A stretch of 64,000 nucleotides of DNA from Somniosus microcephalus (GCA_052327205.1 CM126215.1:121272001-121336000); one strand, 5' to 3'; numbered from the stretch's first letter, positions 10,864 through 23,084 are shown. The notes: generated by a model not told the origin, from the sequence alone. A program made the numbers and translations.

Positions 10864-13800
10864 TATTATGTCCGTGTATAATTGAGACATGGACTGCAGG
10901 AGTTGGTTACAACAGGTGTTTACTGAGTGGAGACAAAACAGGAACTGCTATGCAAAGTTACTCCACAGGCTTATATACAGGGGTGGTCACTACTGGTACT
11001 GCAGTATACAGGGGCTGCAGAATATAGTTCCTTCTGCAAAGTACATACACTACAATTCCTCCCCTTTTAGCTAAACAGTACATAACATTCGATTAATAAT
11101 TAAATAACATATTTACAATTAGAGTTGCTATATACATTAGCTGAAGTTAAGCAATTATAAGTTCAGTCTTTGAGGAGGCTTCCTGATTCTGTCCGGATAA
11201 CGCCTCTTTGGGGTATCAGGTTCTTCTGGCAAAGTTGATTCGGGATCAACGTCGTTGTTTGGTTCGTCTGCTTCCAATATCACCGATTCTGAGGTAGATG
11301 CAATTGGTACTTCGGTTTCATCACCAGGTGTATCGGATCGTGGTGTGGATTTGACGTTTTCCAGTGACTCTAGAATCTGGTCAGCATGGCATCTTACAAT
11401 GCTCTCTCCAACGTCCACGGTATACATTAGAGGTCCTTGCCGTGTGCAGATCGTTCCTGGCTGCCATTTCTCTGTGCGGTAGTCCCGGGCCAAAACTGGT
11501 TGACCTATCTTAAAACTCCTGGTCGGCCTTTCATTCATATTCTGAAACTGTCTGTTCTCCACATCTCTTCTGATGTTTGGCTTAACCAAATCCAAGGGGC
11601 ATCGTAGTCTTCGATTGAAGAACATCATGGCTGGAGTTTGGTTGGTAACCGCATGTGTTGCATTCCAGTAGGCAAACAAGAAGTTATCCACCTTGTGTTG
11701 TAGGGGTATGGCTTCATTACACATTGCCTTGATAGCCTTCTTGAATGTTTGAACGAACCTCTCAGCCAATCCATTGGTGGCTGGATGATATGGGGCGGAT
11801 GTGTAATGCTTAACACCATTGTTCTTTAAGAACCTCCGGAACTCTTCAGACACAAACTGTGGTCCATTGTCGGAGCAAATCTGTTCAGGCAGCCCATTTC
11901 TGGCGAATATGGTTCGTAAGACTGTGATAGTTTTTTCTGTGGTGGTTGAGGACATTTTTATTACCTCTGGCCACTTTGAATGTGCATCCACCGCAATTAA
12001 AAACATCGAGTCCATAAATGGACCAGCAAAATCAATGTGCACCCTTTGCCATGGAGATGAGGGCCACTCCCATGGATGTAGAGGGGCTTGTGGTGGGGCG
12101 TTTTGGACCTTCTGGCATCCTGTACAGCTCTTGGTCATCTCTTCGATTTCTCTATCGATTCCCGGCCACCACACAAACTCTCTGGCTAAGTTCTTCATTT
12201 TTACCCCTCCCAGATGACCCTCATGAAGCTCATTGAGCACTCTATCCTTCAACTTGGGTGGAATTACTACTCTGGATCCACACATCAAGGTTCCTCTGCA
12301 CACTGACAGCTGTTCTCTTCTCGGCGAGAATGCTGGCAACAGTGGTTCGCCATGTGCTGGCCATCCCTTCACCGTTAAATCAGAGACCCTAGAGAGTGTC
12401 GGGTCATTTCGTGTTTCCTTTTCTATGTTTGCATTCGTCACAGGTAGACATTCGACTATGGTCGAGTGGAATATCTCCACAGGATCCACTGCAGGTGCTT
12501 CTTCCACTGTCGGCAATGGTAGACGCGACAATCCATCAGCATTCCCATGCTGTTTAGTTCCTTTGTACTCGATGTCATATTTGTGTGCCCCTAGGAAAAG
12601 GGACCACCTCTGTAGCCGTTGTGGTGTCATTATCGGGACGCCCTTCTGAGGGTTGAAAATGGAGACGAGGTTGATGATCAGTTAGTAGAGTAAATTTCTG
12701 ACCGTGCAGGTAGTGATTGAACTTCTTCACCCCCCACACCAGGCTGAGGGCCTCTCTGTCAATCTGGGCGTAGTTACGCTCGGCTGAAGTTAACGAGCGT
12801 GACGCAAAAGCTATCGGCCTCTCTGAACCATCAAGGAATTTATGTGACAGTACCGCTCCAATGCCGTAGGGAGACGCATCACACGCCAATCTTATCGGTA
12901 GTGATGGGTTGTAGTGAGCCAATACTTCTCTTGAAGTGATTAGGTCTTTACTCTCCTGAAAGGCCCGCTTACATTCATCGCTCCATTTCCATGCTACTCC
13001 AGTTTGTAGTAGGGCGTTCAGTGGGTGCCGAATTGTGGACAAATTCGGCAAAAACTTATGGTAGTAATTCACCCATCCGAGGAATGACCTCAGTTGCGAC
13101 ACATTTTCAGGCGCTGGAGCCTTAACTACCGCTTCAATTTTGTCAGGGGACTTATGTAACCCTCTTCATCAATCACGTGGCCACAATACAATATCTGCTT
13201 CTTAAAAAACTCGCACTTGGGGCGATTGGCTTATAGCCCATGTTCGCTTAGTCTAGTGAGCACCTGCTCTAGGTTGGCAAGGTGTTCACTGTCATTTTCA
13301 CCTGTCACTAGGATGTCGTCCAAGTAACAGAGTCCCCGGAATCCCTTGCAGGACTTGTTCCATCGCTCTTTGCCATATCGCCGGAGCTGATGCTACTCCG
13401 AATACCAGTCGATTATACTGGTAAAGACCTTTGTGAGTGTTTATCGTGAGATACTTCCTAGAGGATTCTTCAACCTCCATCTGCAAATATGCTTGTGCTA
13501 GGTCAATTTTTGTAAAACGCTTCCCTCTAGATAGTGAGGCGAAAATATCTTCTATCCTCGGGAGAGGATACTGTACTGTGTGAAGAACTGGGTTCACCGT
13601 CACCTTGAAGTCCCCACAGATGCGAACCTTCCTTGGCTCCTCAGACTTATTGTTTAACGTTTTTTTCATGACAGGAACGATGGGTGTCGCCCACTCACTC
13701 CAGTCTACCTTAGATAACACGCCTGCATTCTCCAGATTCTCCAGCTCTGCCTCGACGGCTGGGCGAATTGCATACGGTACCGGTCTTGCTTTGAAAAACT

Positions 13801-16033
13801 TGAGAATTGCATTCTCTTCTATTTTTATCGAGGCAGTTACGCCTTTAAGAGTTCCCAGTTCTTGTTGAAATACCTCTTTAGCGTTAGCTAAGATTTTTGA
13901 CAATCGTCCAGGTGTGACGTCATCCTTTTTACCAGCCACAGTCAGTGCCTGAATGGAGTGCCAGTCTAAACTTATCTTTCTGATCCATTCACGTCCCAAT
14001 AACGGTGGTCCACCATCTTGCAGTATGTACAGATACAATTTCTGTATTTCCTTGCCGTTGTATTCGACAGGCACCCTTATTTTCCCTCTGGGGTATACTT
14101 TCTGCCCCGCATACGTCTTCAAGACAATGGGTGTCTCTTTCAAGGGTATGTGTAAGAATAGCCGCTCGTAGTCTCGTCGATTCATGACGGTCAGGGCTGA
14201 TCCTGTATCCAATTCCATTTTGACTTGGGACCCTGCTATCGTGAGGGTGACCCAAATGGTTCGGTGATCCTCTTTTGCGATTACGTTGTGAAGTTTGAGA
14301 CAGCTTAGTCTCTTGTTCCCGGACTCACTATCGCTCTTCTGGTCTTCGGAACTACTGTCCGTCATCTTTTGTACTTTCCTGCACTGTTCCTTAGTAGCCT
14401 TTTTGTTGTCGTTAGTCTTCTTCCCAGACCTGCAAACTCGTGCAATGTGTCCCCCATCTTTCCGCATAGCCTGCATATTTTGTCCTTGGACCAGCAGTCC
14501 TTCTGGTCATGGGTTGTTCTGCCGCAGCGATAACATTTTTCAAATCCCCGTGTCATTTCATGGGTGCCGTATTCCTGTGGCTTTTGTTGTATTTCCGCAG
14601 CTCCCCTTGCTGCTGCTTCGTACGATACTGCCATGCTGAAAGCTTATCTAGCGTCAGCTCTTTCTCTGAGAGTAACCTCTTCTGGGTTCCTTCACTCAGG
14701 AGTCCACAGACAAATTTGTACCGTAGTGTATCTGCCAGTCCTGCTCCGAACTGGCAGTGCTTTGATAGCTTGCGTAGTTCCGTAAGGTAATCAGCATTGC
14801 TCTCATCTTTATGCTGATATCTCTTGTGGAATTTAAATCTTTCTGCTATCAGCAGCGGTGTAGGATTTAGGTGTTCCTGTAGGATATCAACAATTTCATT
14901 AAAACTCTTCGGCATCGGTTTGGCTGGAGAGATCAGGTTCCGCAATAGGCCGTACGTTCTTGCACCCATTAAGTTTAGTAGTACCGATGCCTTTTTCTCA
15001 TCGGCTACTTCGTTTGCCTTGCAATATACTTCGACTCTTTCCACATACGTGGTCCAGTCTTCTATTGCATTATCGAAGGCAGTGATATTGCCAGTCTTCG
15101 GCATCTTGGAAATCTAAGATGGCGCCTCCCGCGCTTTGCCTTCTTCCCCGATTGAACAAAATGGCGCCTCCCGCGCTTTGCCTTCTTCCCCGCTGGATTA
15201 AGATGGCGCCTCCCGCGCTTTCTGTCTTCTCCGCTGCTGCTAGCGCTGTTGCTGGCGTTTTTATGCCTTGATGGCGACACCCTATGGCCTTCGCGCACTT
15301 CCCCCCCGCGCTGCTGCTAACGCCGCTCTCCACGGTCCCCGTGGCAAACTGCAGCTCCTCGCAGCTTTCTGCGCTGCTAATTTCTTTTATTTTCCCGTCG
15401 TCAGAGCAAACCCTACGGTACACTTTCCTCCCTCTTCTCGGGTCTGTACGCTGCCCGGCTTCGTAGCACCGGCCGCGCCCTGTGTGCTCCACCCTCTCTC
15501 TCTCTCTCCTCTTCCCGACAACGCTGCTCGGCCCCGTTGAAAAGCCACCTGATCGAGCTCTAGCCCGCCGCAGCCCAGGAAGGATCAGTGTACTACCTGC
15601 CACCAGCCCGATTAGCTGGAACACCATAGACAGGATAACCAAGCCCTGCTCTCGACAGCCTCTCCTGCAAATCTTCAAATCCGCTGAATCAGAGGCGGTT
15701 GCCCACGGTCGACGCCCGTTTCTTCTGTTTGTTTTTTTTTCTTTCTTCCTTCTGGCCTCGACCTCTAACAACTTCGCTTCAGGGATGGATCCCCATGAGG
15801 TGGTGCAGAACTGTAGGTAAGTTCGGATCTACTCGTCGCCAGTATTATGTCCGTGAGTAATTGAGACACGGACTGCAGGAGTTGGTTACAACAGGTGTTT
15901 ACTGAGTGGAGACAAAACGGGAACTACTATGCAAAGTTACTACACAGGTTTATATACAGGGGTGGTCACTACTGGTACTGCAGTATACAGGGGCTGCAGA
16001 ATATAGTTCCTTCTGCAAAGTATATACACTACA
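10864..16033 (-). mobile_element. Full-length Ty3/Gypsy (Mag/K02A2.6-like) LTR retrotransposon (copy 2)
   Basis: 191-bp LTRs at 10864-11054 and 15843-16033; 5-bp TSD CTCCC; PBS TGGCGACGAG; PPT AAAAGGGGAGGAAT. Order is gag (CCHC knuckles), protease (LDTGS), RT, RNase H, integrase. Confidence 0.97.
11155..15104 (-). pseudogene. Gypsy gag-pol, frameshifted; integrase part (11155-12630) still open
   Basis: ORFs 14553-15104, 14362-14634, 13298-14476, 12575-13102 and 11155-12630 tile one polyprotein when compared with copy 3. Integrase has HHCC plus WQRVHIDF/SDNGPQF/NGLAER (DDE). Confidence 0.93.
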
Positions 16034-16511
16034 CTCCCGAGCCTGCAGGCGCGGAAAGGCCCACGTATCCCAGGGCCGCAGGCAGTTTGCCAGCGTCCCT
16101 GCGATCGCGTGGACCGGCCCAACCAATCAAAAAGGGGGATTCCCATTATGCTTAGGCATATTAAGCATAATAGGAAACACATAAAAATTACATTTTCACA
16201 CAACCTAAATAAAAATAAATATCACATGTTTAAAATTAATACAATTTAATTAAATAGCTAAAATTTAATTTTTTGAAAAATAAATGTAAACATTTTTAAA
16301 AGGGGCCAAAAATAACCTAAACTAATTTTAAAGTTTTTTGAATGTTGAAATGATTTTTTAAAAATTATTTTAATATTTATTTTCACCCTTAAGCTGGTAA
16401 ATGAAGACTTTCGGATTCATACGATCTGTCAAGCTGAAACTTGATCTTGCGGGGCACTTACGATCGCGTACGCTGCGCGCATGCAGTCATAGGCCCCGGA
16501 AAATCCGGGCC

Positions 16512-17822
16512 AATGTTTCCACTTGTGGGGAAGACCAGAACTAGAGGCCACCAATAAATCCACTAAGGGATTCAGGAGAATCTTCTTTACCCAGGGAGTG
16601 GTGAGAATGTGGAACTCGCTACCACAGGGAATGGTTGAGGTAAATAGCGTAGATACATTTAAGGGGAACATAAGAACATAAGAAGTAAGAGCAGGAGCAG
16701 GCCATTCGGCCCCTCGAGCCTGCTCCGGCATTCAATTAGATCACAGCTGATCATCGACCTCAACTCCACTTTCCCGCCCGATCTCTATATCCCTCGATTC
16801 CCCTAGAGTCCAAAAATCTATCTCTCTCAGCCTTGAATATACTCAACGACTCAGCATTCACAGCCCTTTGGGGCAGAGAATTCCAAAGATTCACAACCCT
16901 CTGAGTGAAGAAATTCCTCCTCATCTCAGTCTTAAATGGCCGACCCCTTATCTTGAGACTATGCCCCAGCCAGGGGAAACAACCTCTCAGCATCTACCCT
17001 GTCAATCCCCTTCAGAATCTTATATGTTTCAATGAGATCACCTCTCATTCTTCTAAACTCCAGAGAGTATCGGCCCATTCTACACAATCTCTCATCATAG
17101 GACAGCCCTCTCATCCCAGGAATCAATCTAGTGAACCTTCATTGCACCGCCTCCAAGGCAAGTATATCCTTCCTTAGATAAGGAGACCAAAACTGTGCAC
17201 AGTACTCCAGGTGTGGTCTCACCAAGGCCCTGTACAATTGTAGCAAGACTTCCTTACTCTTATACTCCAACCCTAGATAAACACATGAGGGAGAAAAGGA
17301 ATAGAAGATTATGCTGATAGGGTAACAGGAAGTAGGGTAGGAGGAGGCTTGTGTGGAGAATAAACACCATTGGCACCCCATCCACCACCTTAAACAGTCA
17401 CTCCCTCCACCACCGGCGTACCGTGGCTGCAGTGTGTACAATCTACAAGATGCACTGCAGCAACTCGCCAAGGCTCCTTCAGCAGCACCTCCCAAACCCG
17501 TGACCTCTACCACCTAGAAAGACAAGGGCAGCAGACGCATGGGATCACCACCACCTCCAAGTCCTGACTTGGAAATATATCGGCCGTTCCTTCATCGTCA
17601 CTGGGTCAAAATCCTGGAACTCCCTCCCTAACAGCACTGTGGGAGCACCTTCACCGCACGGACTGCAGCGGTTCAAGATGGTGGCTCACCACCACCTTCT
17701 CGAGGGCAATTAGGGATGGGCAATAAACGCCGGCCTTGCCAGCGACGCCCACATCCTGTGAACGAATAAAAAAAACCAGCACGACCAGTTGGGCTGAATG
17801 GCCTGTTTCTGTGCTGTAGACT
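16512..17822. mobile_element. Nested LINE cluster: + CR1 3' end interrupted by a - CR1 (~16667-17272) and a + poly(A)-tailed LINE (~17370-17774)
   Basis: The + CR1 text atacatttaagggga...ctagataaacacatg and ataaacacca...ccagcacgaccagttgg resumes after each insert. Confidence 0.75.
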
Positions 17823-18504
17823 TTGTGACATGCTTATTATCAAGAATCTCTCTGTATAATATCAATTATAATAGCTAATGAAACAGGCAATGCTAATGAA
17901 ACAGGCAGACACTTATTTATGTGCACATTCTTTTGTTAAAACACTTCAAAATGAGTTTTCGCTTTCTGCTGTTGCCAATTTCGACATCCTGTACAAAATT
18001 GGCCCTTGGGGACACAATTCCTTCCTTTGGATCACAGTTTGTCATTAATCATCAGGCATTCAGCTCCTCTAACATTCATATTCAGAAAACCTGAATCTCT
18101 AAACGTTTATATCCAACTGGAATATATCTAGATGAAAATTGATGAATTAAACTCAAACTGCACCGAGGTTACAAATTGTGAAGCTTGGAAAAACGAGAAA
18201 CGGTTTAAAGGGAAAGTATATTCTGCCTGAATTGCCCTACATTGCTGAATATTATGCCTGTTCTGTTGCTTCAGAAGTACTGGTTAGAAGCAGCCTTGAA
18301 GTAAACAGTTTCGACAGAATTCTCCCTTATATGAGCCAATACCTCAAGGAGACTTTGAAATGCTCCAATTGAAGTTTTCACAATGATGAAGTGAATTGAC
18401 AAGCTGATGCAGAAAAATTAAGCACAAAGGCTCAAATCCAGGGTTTACAAGTTTAAAATAAGTAAATTGAATGTAAGAAGGTCCTATGTTTGACCTGTGT
18501 TGAG

Positions 18505-19365
18505 GTAGAAGGAGGCCATTCGGCCCATCGTGCTTGTGCCAGTTTTTTGGTAAAGCTATTCAATTAGTCTCATTCCGCCCCCCCCCCCCCCGTCTTTCCC
18601 CATAGCCCTGCAATATTTTTCCTCTTCAAGTCTTTATCCAATTCTCTTTGGAAAGTTACTATTGAATCTGCTTCCACCGCCCTTTCAGGCAGCGCATTCC
18701 AGATCACAACAACTCGCTGCGTAAAAAAATGTTTCCTCATGTCGCCTCTGGTTCTTTTGCCAATCACCTTAAGAAATAAGAGCAGGAGTAGACCATTCGG
18801 CCGCTCGAGCCTGCTCCGCCATTCAATAAGATCATGGCTGATCTTCGACCTCAACTCCACCTCCCCACCCTATCCCCATATCGCTTGATTCCCCAAGAGT
18901 CCAAAAATCTATCGATCTCTGTCTTGAATATACTCAACGACTGAGCATCTACAGCCCTCTGGGGGAGAGAATTCCAAAGATTCACCACCCTCTGAGTGAA
19001 GAAATTCTTCATCTCAGTCCTAAATGGCCAACCCCTTATCCTGAGACTATGCCCCCTAGTTCTAGACTCACCAGCCAGGGGAAACAATCTCTTAGCATCT
19101 ACCATGTGAATCGCCCTCAGAATCTTATTTGTTTCAATGAGGTCACCTCTCATTCTTCTAAAGTCCACAGAGTATAGGCCCATTCTACACAATCTCTCAT
19201 CATAGGACAACCCTCTCATCCCAGGAATCAATCTAGTGAACCTTAAATCTCTGTCCTCTGGTTACTGACCCTTCTGCCACTGGTAACAGTTTCTCCTTAT
19301 TTATTCAGGATTTTGAACATTTTTTTAATCAAAACTTCTCTTAACCTTCTCTGCTCTAAGGAGAC
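18505..19365 (-). mobile_element. Two nested CR1 3' fragments
   Basis: ORFs with RGDLIETNKIL and FFTQRVV motifs; the outer copy resumes at ccttaaatctctgtcctctgg (~19241). Confidence 0.8.
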
Positions 19366-19429
19366 CAGGTAGCTGACCTTAGCCAGCAGAGGGAAATAAG
19401 TTACACTTCGCATCAATACCTCTGCTGTG

Positions 19430-19722
19430 GGTGTGACCTAGTGGTAGCATTCCTGTTTCCGCGTCAGAAAGTGAAGGGTTCGAGCCCTGCTACAGAAAAC
19501 CCCGCTGAGTGGAGGCTAGAATATAGTGTCTAAATACTGGCTGATATCCAGTGGGGGATTCGTGTCTGGATAGAGTGACCACTGGCTCAGTGGTAGCATT
19601 CCCACGCTTCAGTCAGAAGGGTTGGGTTCGAACCCCACTACAGACAACACCGTGAGTGGAGACTGGGGCACTGACTCTGAATACTGGATTGACATTTAGC
19701 GGGGCACCTCACTATCTTGGAG
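19430..19722 (+). repeat. Tandem pair of tRNA-derived SINE heads
   Basis: A box TGACCTAGTGGTA (19434) with B box GGTTCGAGCCC (19477), repeated ~149 bp later as TGGCTCAGTGGTA (19583) with GGTTCGAACCC (19625); downstream sequences are also similar. Confidence 0.65.
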
Positions 19723-20546
19723 ATGGAGAAGATATGGGGTGGGTAGCTCAGCTAAGGGTCAAGTAGGATGCTGAGGTGGCGAGCAGATGGGTCAGCCTCA
19801 GACAGTGGCTGGGGATGGACTCATTGGCAAGGGAACAGAGTTTGTTGACAGAGACCTAGGCCAAGAAATTAGAGCGCGCCCAAAACTGGATCAAACTCCG
19901 CGGCTGAATGGATAGGCCTGAAGCGCGCACGATATTGGGCCTCAGGCCTCATTATCATCGAGCCAGCAAGCTGCGGACAATTAATGGGCGTCCTGTTGGG
20001 GCCACTGCCTGGAAGGTGGAGCGAGCGGGAGGCGGGGTAGCGATCGGGATCAGTGTTAGTTCGGATGGGGGCTGGGAGCAGTGACCAACAGCAGCCTGTG
20101 AGGTTGGGTGGAACACTCCTGCTCCTTCCGGCTCCACATTCAGGTAAGTATACTTTAAACGCTTACCTTGTTGGTTGCGGCCTGCAGCGGTCCCTTTAAG
20201 GACCGTCAGTTAGGCCACATGTGGACCTGGTTTTCCTAAACGCAGCCTGGCTAACCCAATATTGCAGAGGGGGCATCAAATGTGCATTAGGCGCCCTTAT
20301 TTGATTACTGAAAAGAGCCTGATGCCTTTTTTCAGGCCCGATCCCTGGACACCTATTGTTTCTCTTACACCAACACGGTGGGCGACACACTTCCTGCTCA
20401 CCGTTTTTGAGGGTTAGGAGGCCATTTAGTGCAAAAGGGGAGGTTCATTGATGCTGCAGCACCTCATTCTCAGCATTGTTGGCTGTGCAGCTGCCTCAAC
20501 AACCATAAGAAGGACAAGGAGAATGAGCACTTATTTATAAATCCTC

Positions 20547-21575
20547 ATGGCAGATCGCTGCCCCAGGGAGAGAGCCCGCAGGTTTTCCCATAAGCTTTGG
20601 AGGCATTGGGCTGGATTTTCCAAGCCCTGAGGAGGCGGGCATGGAGGCGGGACAGCCGGTAAAATCGGAGAAAGTGGGGGCGGATGGCAAACCCGTCCCA
20701 TCCCGCCTCCGTGCCCTTTTGCCAGGAGACGGGAGGATGAGCAGCTTCGGGTCCCGTCTCCTGGAGGCGGGAAAGGCATTTAATCCTTTTAACTGCCTGT
20801 TAACAGGTAGTTAACAGGCAGAAAAAAGGATTAGTGCCATTTTACCTTCACAGGTGAAGGCTTCCCGACCTCGGAGAACCCTGTCGGGTTGGAGAAGACA
20901 TGGAGGAGGTCTGCGGTGGTCAGAGGCACCTGGAGGTAAGGTGTAGAGGTGACTGATGGGTGCACGTGTGGAGTGGTAAGTATGTAAGGTGAGTGATAAG
21001 TTTAAAAAAGTGTTCACTTACCTTGTTTTCTTTCTACAGCCGTTAGCCGCGCTGGATTGGGAGAGCCGACATTCTCCTTGTCAATTTCACAGAATGGCTA
21101 TTGGATCTTCCGATCCTACAGACATGTGAAATTTACAAAGTTGAAAAGTTTGATGAGTCCTCACCACAAAGGCTCATCAAACTAAAGAGAATGTCAGTGT
21201 TTGACAGCTTCACAGAGCTGTCAAACGCTGTCATTTCTTCTTTCAAGAAGTCTTGACAGATAGCACGTCTGATGTTGATGTGTTCTGTCAGTGACTTCCT
21301 CCCTAATTGGCCTGCTGAGCCCGCAGGGCGGGCTTAACAAGCTCAATCAGGGGAAAATCCCTCTGATTGGCCAGGTGAGGATGGAGGCGAGACATTGACA
21401 CGACAAGCAGCTGTCCCGTCTCCAACTTGCCTCCATTCACAAAACCCAGCCCATTGCTTTTGGCGCTGGAGAGAAGGCGAGCAGTCCTGTACCCACCAAC
21501 TGGCAGGAGGCCCTCGCCACAAGTCTGCTGCATTATGTGGAAGGAGGTGGCACACCACGTCACGGTCCACCCGTT
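20547..21575 (+). pseudogene. Harbinger Myb/SANT-like DNA-binding protein N-terminus, split by a MITE
   Basis: Removing 20608-21455 and correcting one frameshift gives MADRCPRERARRFSH.ALEALLLALERRRAVLYPPTGRRPSPQVCCIMWKEVAHHV, a Myb/SANT-like (Myb_DNA-bind_5 type) pattern. Confidence 0.7.
20608..21452 (+). mobile_element. MITE family B (PIF/Harbinger-like)
   Basis: TIRs GGGCTGGATTTT...AAAACCCAGCCC, TSD ATT/ATT; homologous to 44118, 46600 and 52934. Confidence 0.88.
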
Positions 21576-21579
21576 CGGA

Positions 21580-21743
21580 AGCCCGGTTGTCCGGCTGCCC
21601 CCTCCCTCCCTCCTGTTCCTCATCTTCTTCCTCCTCATCCTCGTCCTCCTCCCTCTGCGGACCTGTTCCCATCTTTCTCGCTGCCTACGCTCCCTCTGCC
21701 GTAGATCCTGGAGGGCGAGGTGGCATGCCAGTACAGCCCCCAT
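21580..21743 (-). pseudogene. Probable Harbinger transposase N-terminal remnant
   Basis: MGAVLACHLALQDLRQRERRQRERWEQVRRGRR..., an Arg-rich leader convergent with the Myb remnant. The catalytic domain is absent, so the assignment rests on context. Confidence 0.45.
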
Positions 21744-23084
21744 TAATCTTACCAAGTATTGCAGTTTGAATCTTTGAAGAATAAATGTAGCTATTTTGTA
21801 CTTGCCACAAGACTCCTGATACAAAAGAACCTTGAAATTACTCAATGGAACTGTTGCAGTAGCTGAAACTAACAAAAAGCCACTGAAATTGCACTAGCCT
21901 GACAGGTACGAGTGATTACTGATGATCCCTTTAAATAATGTCCCTGCAGCCGGCTTCCTGCTGCTGCACGCCAGCTCTCCCTGTCGGCGTTTACTCCAGG
22001 CGGTGAGGTAAGTGGCTAAAAACAATTTGGGAAATCGGGCGTTCAGTGAGCGTTGCACACTCACTGACATCACAATCTCCCTGGCGTTGAGGTCCCCGGC
22101 GATAGCTGCTAAAGGCAGTGTTAGAGGGGTCCCGATTTGGCATGCGGCGTTGGATTCGCCTCACCCTGTAGGTACTGTTCTCAATGCCGCATTAGCGCAC
22201 TGACGCTAAGGGGATGAATTTTTCCCCTTTGAGACATCCTGAGGTCATGAAAATCGCGATATAAATGCAAGTCTTTCTTTCTTTTATCTCTTGGAGCTGT
22301 GATGCAACAAGCTGCTAATCAGCACCAATTGTCTCTCCTCTCCTCCTATCCTGAAGACCCTCCTTCCTTGTTGCGGTGTGGTTCCATAGGCACCACAGCC
22401 AAGTGGGCATTTTAACATATCTGAGCCTGGGTAGTGAGTATTGGCGGGCTATTTGACTGCACGGGGCATCGCCTCTGATACTGACCTCAGCCGGTGTGCA
22501 CACATGCGCAGCACCGGCGCAGGTCACTGGCCAGCAATTAATGGTGGAAGTTAATTCCTTTTCCCCTTCCATAATCTAACGGCACCGATGCCAAGGGATC
22601 AGGTCCGACAAATATTAAAAGGTACACTGCGTCTTTAAGGTAATTGATTCCTGACACATGTCTCCCTTCGCAGCACGGTCTCGAGAGGTTCGCTTTGATG
22701 TGTGTCGACACCTTTGTCTTTGAGTTAAATTACCTAAATTAACTGAATTATTCAAAATCGGAGCGGAATTAATGGTCCTGAGTCGTGACTGAGTTGGATG
22801 AAGAAACAAAAGTGATATTCAAATTCTGAGGATATCAGAGGAAGCTTTTATCCATTTCAGCAGAAAGTCCTTGTTTTATCTTAGTGTTATATTGTGGCAT
22901 TACAACTTTGTTCTGTGATTGAAGCAGAACAGATTCAGCTTTGAGGAGGCTAAGTGCGGTGGTGATATTACAAAGACTTTATAGTGGCATTTTTACATTG
23001 GTCTATCAGAGGCAGGCATAAAGTACAACAACTTACATTTATATAGAGCCTTTAATGTAGTAAAATGCCTCAAGGCACTTCCAC

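Larger units (their letters stand above)
10758..16511. mobile_element. MITE family D copy split by the Gypsy insertion (pieces 10758-10863 and 16034-16511)
   Basis: The rejoined halves align with the reverse complement of 37439-38165. Ends are GGTCCTGAAATT and AAAATCCGGGCC. Confidence 0.8.
19859..22228. mobile_element. Internally deleted PIF/Harbinger transposon with Myb/SANT and transposase remnants
   Basis: Ends GGCCAAGAAATT and AATTTTTCCCC resemble family A TIRs. The + strand has a Myb/SANT N-terminus; the - strand has an Arg-rich, transposase-like N-terminus; the two converge. Confidence 0.7.

Noticed and set aside
11155-12630. Domesticated integrase gene
   Set aside because: It sits inside a complete LTR element with a TSD and has a close, disrupted sister copy; the open frame reflects young age.
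19430-19650. Functional tRNA genes (also near 54660)
   Set aside because: A and B boxes are present, but I could not build a convincing cloverleaf and the downstream sequence is SINE-like.
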